Positions 23,791 to 28,551 of a stretch of 28,551 bases of DNA are shown here, piece after piece. The notes under the pieces were generated by a model. The model ran no database searches. It was not told the DNA's origin and was given only the letters and a program-made list of their open reading frames with translations. Position 1 is the stretch's first letter. Each line of letters opens with the position of its first letter. The stretch comes from Phycisphaerales bacterium (lineage in GTDB: Bacteria > Planctomycetota > Phycisphaerae > Tepidisphaerales > Tepidisphaeraceae): assembly GCA_028288875.1 (NCBI GenBank), contig JAQGHK010000536.1, positions 1-28,551 of the forward strand, given 5' to 3'. A program made the position numbers and the translations under genes.

Positions 23791-25728
23791 TTAGAACGGA
23801 ACGGCTTGGTCCATCCAGTCGTCGCTGCGGAGCACCTGCTTGCGGTTGAAGCGGGCGAGGCGTTCGGCGCGGGCCTGGGCGAGGTTGATTAGGCGCTGGC
23901 CGCCGATCGCGCGCCACATTTTGCGGAAGCGCGGGGCATGGCGGATGAACAGTTCGTCCTCGGCGCTGGCAAAGGTCTGGGCACAGCCGGGATCGCCCTG
24001 ACGAGCGGCGCGGCCGTAGAGCTGGCGATCGATGCGGCCGCTGGGCTGGGGCTCGGTGTTGATCACGTGCAGGCCGCCGAGTTCGACGACGCCGCGACCG
24101 AGGTGAATGTCGGTCCCGCGGCCGGCCATGTTGGTGGCGACGGTGATTTTGCCGATCTGCCCGGCTTCGGCGATGACGTTGGCTTCCTGTGCGTTCTGCG
24201 CCGCGTTCAACACGCGGTGCGGCCGGCCGAGCGCGGTGAGGCGCTTGGACAGGTCTTCGCTGGCATACACGCTGCGCGTGCCGACGAGGACGGGAATACC
24301 CTTGTCGTTGAGCTCAATAATGCGCTCCATGATCGCTTCGTATTTATCCGCGGCCTTATCGAAAAAGCGCAACGGCAACTGAGTGCGAATGCACGGCTTG
24401 TTCGTCGGGATCTTCACGATCGGGCGCGTGTAGATCTGCCAGAATTCGGGCGCGCTTTCCCAGGCCGTGCCGGTCATGCCGCCCATTTCGGGGTATTGGC
24501 GGAAGAAACGCTGGAAGCTGATGCGCGCCAGGTTTTCCTTGTCGGCGGTGACCTTCACGTCTTCTTTGATTTCGATCGCCTGATGCAGGCCGTGCCGCCA
24601 GCTGCGGTCGGCCATCACGCGGCCGGTGAATTCGTCGATGATCTGAACCTTGCCGTCCGGGTCGATCAGATAATGCTCGTCGCGATGGAAGCAGTGCTTG
24701 GCCGTGAGAGCCTGCTGCACGAGTTCTTCGCGCCGGCGACTGCCTTTCCAGAAACCACTGGTATCGCTGGCGCAGATCTCATCGAGGTGGTCGCGGCCTT
24801 GCTCGGTGAACTCCACCTGGCGCACTTCAGTGTCGATCGTGAAATCGACATTCTTGATCATCAGGTCGGCCAGCGTAGTGGCGGCGCGGTAACGCTCGGC
24901 GTTGGGTTCGTCATCCGGCGAGTTGCTGATGATCAGCGGCGTGACGGCTTCATCAATCAGCAGGCTGTCGGCCTCATCAACAATCACCTTCGCCAGGCCG
25001 GGCACCAGCACACTGCTGCGCATGGCCGAACCGCCGAGCAGCGTGACGGCCGTCGCGCTGCTGCTGCGAAGCGTGCCGAGCATGATCTGGTCGCGCAGGA
25101 AGTCGGCCACCAGTTCTTTGCTGGTGACGTAAACGACGTTGCGACGGTAGATGTCGATGCGGTCGACGGCATCGGTATCGTGAATCACATAACCGGCCTT
25201 GTGGCCCATCATGCGATAAAGCGGCGTCATCAGTTCGGCGTCGCGCTGCACCAGGTAATCATTCACCGTGATGATGTGCACCGGCTTGCCGGAGAGCGCC
25301 ATGATGCTGGCACCGACGGCGGCGGTGAGGGTTTTGCCCTCGCCGGTGGCCATCTCGGCGACGGCGGCTTCGTGCATCGCCATCGCGCCCATCAATTGGA
25401 CGAGATAGGGCCGCTTGCCGATCGTGCGGACGGCGGCCTCGCGGGCGAGCGCGAACGCGTACAACAACTTCTCGTCTTGCAGCCGGCCCAGCCGCGCGAG
25501 CACGCGCACTTCTTCCACTTCCTCTTTGAACTTCGCGTCGGCCAGCTTCTGAACGTCCGGCTCCATCGCCTCGATCAGCTCGGCCTGGCGCTTGAGGCGC
25601 GGCAATACGCGGCGGCGATTCTTCACCCAGCCCGTCGCGGCGTGCGCGGGGATATCCAGGCCCTTGAGCTCAGGCGCTTTCACCCGGCGGGCATCGAAGA
25701 CGTTGTACAGTTCGGCGGCAGCGGTCAT
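23791..25728 (-). CDS. Truncated SecA paralogue (NBD1, preprotein-binding domain and NBD2 only); probably not the housekeeping SecA
   Basis: MATGEGKT, TVNDYLVQRD, DEADSLLIDEA, IIDEFTGR, GLHQAIEIKE, GMTGTA, VATNMAGRGTDI, RIDRQLYGRAARQGDPG. Only 645 aa; it ends at the start of the scaffold helix (RKQVLRSDD). Confidence 0.92.
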   Translation of the reverse strand: MTAAAELYNVFDARRVKAPELKGLDIPAHAATGWVKNRRRVLPRLKRQAELIEAMEPDVQKLADAKFKEEVEEVRVLARLGRLQDEKLLYAFALAREAAVRTIGKRPYLVQLMGAMAMHEAAVAEMATGEGKTLTAAVGASIMALSGKPVHIITVNDYLVQRDAELMTPLYRMMGHKAGYVIHDTDAVDRIDIYRRNVVYVTSKELVADFLRDQIMLGTLRSSSATAVTLLGGSAMRSSVLVPGLAKVIVDEADSLLIDEAVTPLIISNSPDDEPNAERYRAATTLADLMIKNVDFTIDTEVRQVEFTEQGRDHLDEICASDTSGFWKGSRRREELVQQALTAKHCFHRDEHYLIDPDGKVQIIDEFTGRVMADRSWRHGLHQAIEIKEDVKVTADKENLARISFQRFFRQYPEMGGMTGTAWESAPEFWQIYTRPIVKIPTNKPCIRTQLPLRFFDKAADKYEAIMERIIELNDKGIPVLVGTRSVYASEDLSKRLTALGRPHRVLNAAQNAQEANVIAEAGQIGKITVATNMAGRGTDIHLGRGVVELGGLHVINTEPQPSGRIDRQLYGRAARQGDPGCAQTFASAEDELFIRHAPRFRKMWRAIGGQRLINLAQARAERLARFNRKQVLRSDDWMDQAVPF

Positions 25729-25729
25729 G

Positions 25730-25834
25730 GTCAGTAGGCAGACGGCAGAAAGCAGTAGGCAGAATGCACATCAACTTATACGGCAATAGCCCGTTTAACG
25801 ATGTCTTCCTGCCGTCTGTCTTCTGCCGACCGCC
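25730..25834. repeat. Inverted arrays of degenerate heptamers (consensus about GGCAGAA) flanking an AT-richer core
   Basis: Left: gtcagta ggcagac ggcagaa agcagta ggcagaa (25730-25764). Right, as reverse complement: ggcggtc ggcagaa gacagac ggcagga (25834-25807). Confidence 0.8.
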
Positions 25835-25842
25835 CTCTCCTC

Positions 25843-28050
25843 TTAGCTTTGCGAGCTTTGCATCGTCAGCTGTTGGAACCAGCGGTACGCCTGCATGGCC
25901 AGCGGCTCGGGGTTGTTGCTCTTGAAGCGGACGTAGGCGCGCTGGCCGGGATAGAACAGCTCTTCGCCCGTTTTTTCGTCGCGAATCGGATTGTTGAAGA
26001 TCATGCGCGCTTCGTAATTCTGTGCTGCGGTGGTGGTGCCTTTGGGGTCGCTGGCGTCCGGAGCCTCGGTGCCGCCGCCGGCGTGCGTGAGGGCGGCCGA
26101 GCGAACTTCACGCTTGGCGGCCGGGCCGATGCGGATCTTGGTCGTCACTGGGACCACATGGTTGATATCGCCGGCCACGCGCAGCTCGGCGTGGTAGTTG
26201 CCGATGCCGACGTTATTCAGCCGGTCACGATCGGCCTGATCGATCAGGACGAACGCCTCCAGATCCTTCACCTGCGTCACCTCGGCTACTTCTTGCGCCT
26301 TGGGCAGGAACGAGCCTTTCAGGTTATCGATCTGCGGCGCGACTACGCGGCCGTTGATGGGCGAGCGGATTTCCAGCTTGCTGACTTTGTCTTTCTGCTC
26401 GTTGAGGATTTTAGTTAGCCGGGTTTGGCGTTCCAGATCAATCCCATACTTCGCGGCGTCGCCGACACGGCTGCTCTGCAGTTCCATGCCGACAACTTGA
26501 AGGTCGATCGCGCTGGTCAGCAGTTTGTTCGATTCGTCGTCGTTACGAAGCACGATGAGCAGCTGGCCTTGCTTCACGACTTCGCCGTCTTTGACGAGCA
26601 CCTTGTCGACAAAGCCGGGCGTTTCCACGCGCAGGGTCTGTCGGGCTGCGGCTTCAAGCACGCCTTCGGCGCGAACGGTAACGGGGAATTTCACGATACC
26701 GACGAGCGCGATCAGGATCGCGGCGACTGCAACGCTGAAGGCGACCGCCCGGCCGCGCTTGCGGTGCAGTTCGGGCTCGGTGGCCAGATACTTGGCGAAT
26801 TTGAACAGCGGGAAGATGGCGAAGGTGCCGAACGCCGTCGCGCCCATGATCAGGCCGACAACCTTGATTTCCTGTGGCAGCGTGAAGAACAGCATGTACG
26901 CGATCGCCAGGCTGACGAACACGCGGTAGCCGCTGCTGGCAATGGCGTAGACGAATAGTTCGATGCGCTGCTTCAGCGGCGGCAGCGGCTGCTGCTGCTT
27001 CACGCGGAAGATGTGCCGCTTGACCAGGCCCAGCGCGTATTCGCTGGCCTTGCGCTGCAGGTTCGGGATTTCCCAGAAGTCGGACAGGATGTAATAGCCG
27101 TCGTAACGCAGCAGCGGGTTGGCGTTGAAGACGATCGTGCTGACCGAGGCGATCAGCATCGTGTTGTAAGCGAGTTGATTGACCAGATTCGCGCCGCTGC
27201 CGTAGGTGGCTTTCCAGATAAAGGCGCAAATGGCGGCGACGAACAATTCAAAAATCATGCCGCCCGCACCTACGAACACGCGCTTCCACTTATTCGGGAA
27301 CGCCCAGGCCGTGCTCGCATCGACATAAGGCGTCGGCACGAGCACCAGCAGCATGATGCCCACTTCATGCACCTCGCCGCCGAAGCGACGACAGCTGAAC
27401 GCGTGGCCCATTTCGTGAATGAACTTGATGACGACGAACGTCACCCACAGCCAGGCCCAGTTACCCGGATCGATGGCGTTCTTCGCGGCGCCCTGCAGTT
27501 CGGTCCACATCGGAGCGATGCTGATGACCGCGGCGATGATCACGCCCAGCCACACGATCGCCCCAAGCCAGCTGAGCAGCAGGCGGATCGGCGGCATCCA
27601 GGTTTTGATGAACATGTCCGGATCCCACACGGGAATCCGCGGGAACAGGATGTTCATCAGCTTCTGCTGCATCTGCCGCTGGTTGTGCATCTTCTGCCGC
27701 TTGAGAACGACGGCCGAGTCGGGGGTGACGTCGGTCTCGATCAAGTTGGCGGCAAAGAGCTGTGACAGGATTTGAATGACTTCAGGTTGCGTGGGCGCGT
27801 CATCGGCGAGCTGGCCGCCGACGAGGTCCCAGGCTTCGCCAATGGTGCGGCTGCCATCGAGCAGGCCGACGAAGCGGTACGCCGGATCAGAAAGGCGATG
27901 GAACTGATTGCCGGCCGGATCGCGGACGACATACCAGCGCTCGCCGCGGAAATACTGACGGCTGATCTGCGCCGTCGGCCGAAGCCGCGGGCGCAGTTGG
28001 ACGACGCGGTACCAGGACTCCGAAAATGTGGGACGAAGGGCGAGGGTCAT
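25843..28050 (-). CDS. Fusion protein: PqqD/RRE-like N-terminal domain, M50 (site-2) metallopeptidase, HlyD-type periplasmic adaptor
   Basis: HEMGH (residues 212-216) and NANPLLRYDG M50 motifs with several TM helices. N-terminal winged-helix-like segment YVVRDP...LLDGSRTIGEAW...ILSQLFAANLI. C-terminal ETPGFVDKVLVKDGEVVKQGQLL, a coiled hairpin, and IRSPINGRVV. Confidence 0.88.
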   Translation of the reverse strand: MTLALRPTFSESWYRVVQLRPRLRPTAQISRQYFRGERWYVVRDPAGNQFHRLSDPAYRFVGLLDGSRTIGEAWDLVGGQLADDAPTQPEVIQILSQLFAANLIETDVTPDSAVVLKRQKMHNQRQMQQKLMNILFPRIPVWDPDMFIKTWMPPIRLLLSWLGAIVWLGVIIAAVISIAPMWTELQGAAKNAIDPGNWAWLWVTFVVIKFIHEMGHAFSCRRFGGEVHEVGIMLLVLVPTPYVDASTAWAFPNKWKRVFVGAGGMIFELFVAAICAFIWKATYGSGANLVNQLAYNTMLIASVSTIVFNANPLLRYDGYYILSDFWEIPNLQRKASEYALGLVKRHIFRVKQQQPLPPLKQRIELFVYAIASSGYRVFVSLAIAYMLFFTLPQEIKVVGLIMGATAFGTFAIFPLFKFAKYLATEPELHRKRGRAVAFSVAVAAILIALVGIVKFPVTVRAEGVLEAAARQTLRVETPGFVDKVLVKDGEVVKQGQLLIVLRNDDESNKLLTSAIDLQVVGMELQSSRVGDAAKYGIDLERQTRLTKILNEQKDKVSKLEIRSPINGRVVAPQIDNLKGSFLPKAQEVAEVTQVKDLEAFVLIDQADRDRLNNVGIGNYHAELRVAGDINHVVPVTTKIRIGPAAKREVRSAALTHAGGGTEAPDASDPKGTTTAAQNYEARMIFNNPIRDEKTGEELFYPGQRAYVRFKSNNPEPLAMQAYRWFQQLTMQSSQS

Positions 28051-28069
28051 ATTGGGCTCGAGTCACTGA

Positions 28070-28161
28070 CGTCTGTGGTTGCGGGTATAAACCCTCGCAA
28101 ACACGGTTCGTATTGTGGCGATGTCAGTTTCTGGGCGGGTTTACACTCGCGATCACAGACG
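28070..28161. repeat. Degenerate REP-like doublet of the same family as 5013-5093
   Basis: The left arm cgtctgtggttgcgggtataaaccc and the reverse complement of the right arm cgtctgtgatcgcgagtgtaaaccc match at 21/25; core GCGGGTGTAAACCC. Confidence 0.75.
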
Positions 28162-28168
28162 CACTTCT

Positions 28169-28551
28169 TTAAATCCACAGTTTCAGGCGCGTCCACTCCC
28201 AGAGCCGGTGCAGGCCGTGCCAGTAGAGCGGCTTCTTTTCGACATCGATCCGGGCTTCGCCGAGCTGGCCAGGCTGCCACTTGGCATCGAAGCCATCGAT
28301 GCGGGCGTACACGCGGAACGTGTTGGCCGCTTCCTTGGTTTCGCCCAGCGGCACGATGCGGGTGATTTCAACCGCGTGGCGTTCGTTCGGGCTGCTCTTG
28401 GTGGCCAGGGTGCCGGTGCTGCCGACTTTCAGAAGCTGAATGTCACGTTCGTTGACGGTCAGCTCGCTCTGCAGGTCACCTTTGTGGCCGATGGGGGCGA
28501 TTTCCATGAGGGCGTCGCCCTCTTTGACTTGGCTGTTGATCTTTTCTTTCA
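28169..28551 (-). CDS. HlyD/efflux periplasmic adaptor protein, C-terminal part (5' end outside the window)
   Basis: The frame is open to the window edge: ...KEKINSQVKEGDALMEIAP...ELTVNERDIQLLKVGSTG...WQPGQLGEARIDVEKKPLYWHGLHRLWEWTRLKLWI*. This is a lipoyl-like half plus a beta-barrel tail typical of adaptor proteins. ATG 28507 in the track is internal. Confidence 0.85.
   Translation of the reverse strand, partial: KEKINSQVKEGDALMEIAPIGHKGDLQSELTVNERDIQLLKVGSTGTLATKSSPNERHAVEITRIVPLGETKEAANTFRVYARIDGFDAKWQPGQLGEARIDVEKKPLYWHGLHRLWEWTRLKLWI

Noticed and set aside
23791-25728. Calling the gene the housekeeping secA or a secA pseudogene
   Set aside because: It lacks the essential C-terminal domains, yet has an intact frame, all motor motifs and an operon context with adaptor genes, so it was treated as a specialised paralogue.
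75-28365. Many long alternative-frame and antisense ORFs in the track (e.g. 569-1372, 6976-8067, 18771-20336, 20516-21730, 23938-25737)
   Set aside because: They are shadows of real genes in GC-rich DNA: Arg/Ala/Gly-rich, with no family motifs, and fully overlapping well-supported CDSs.

Overview
GC-rich bacterial chromosome segment. PEP-CTERM proteins and gene styles suggest Planctomycetota, possibly Phycisphaerae; this is inference only. The left two thirds hold housekeeping and metabolic genes (prmC, anmK, clpS, thiL, tsaE, purQ, galM, mobA-like, purM, lysA), two TIM-barrel proteins and an FAD oxidoreductase. Small accessory insertions sit among them: a hicB-hicA toxin-antitoxin pair, an Mrr restriction nuclease and a low-GC orphan. 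Then come a PilZ protein, a DUF4139 protein and two convergent PEP-CTERM surface enzymes (a GH10 glycanase and an S53 peptidase). The right end holds the most interesting locus, a minus-strand operon running off the window: periplasmic adaptor, then a fusion of a PqqD/RRE-like domain, an M50 metallopeptidase and a periplasmic adaptor, then a truncated SecA paralogue. The SecA paralogue keeps both ATPase domains but lacks the two-helix finger, wing domain and C-tail. I infer a dedicated, non-ABC, SecA-powered, leader-cleaving export system. Other patterns: four families of short inverted-repeat elements, one of which could fold to bring a distant Shine-Dalgarno next to the secA-like start; a recurring TANNNT box 6-8 nt before start codons (leaderless signature); three convergent gene pairs sharing a TTAG stop overlap; a probable CTG start for mobA; and a 54-aa membrane ORF absent from the ORF track. 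No rRNA, tRNA, CRISPR array or transposase was seen.
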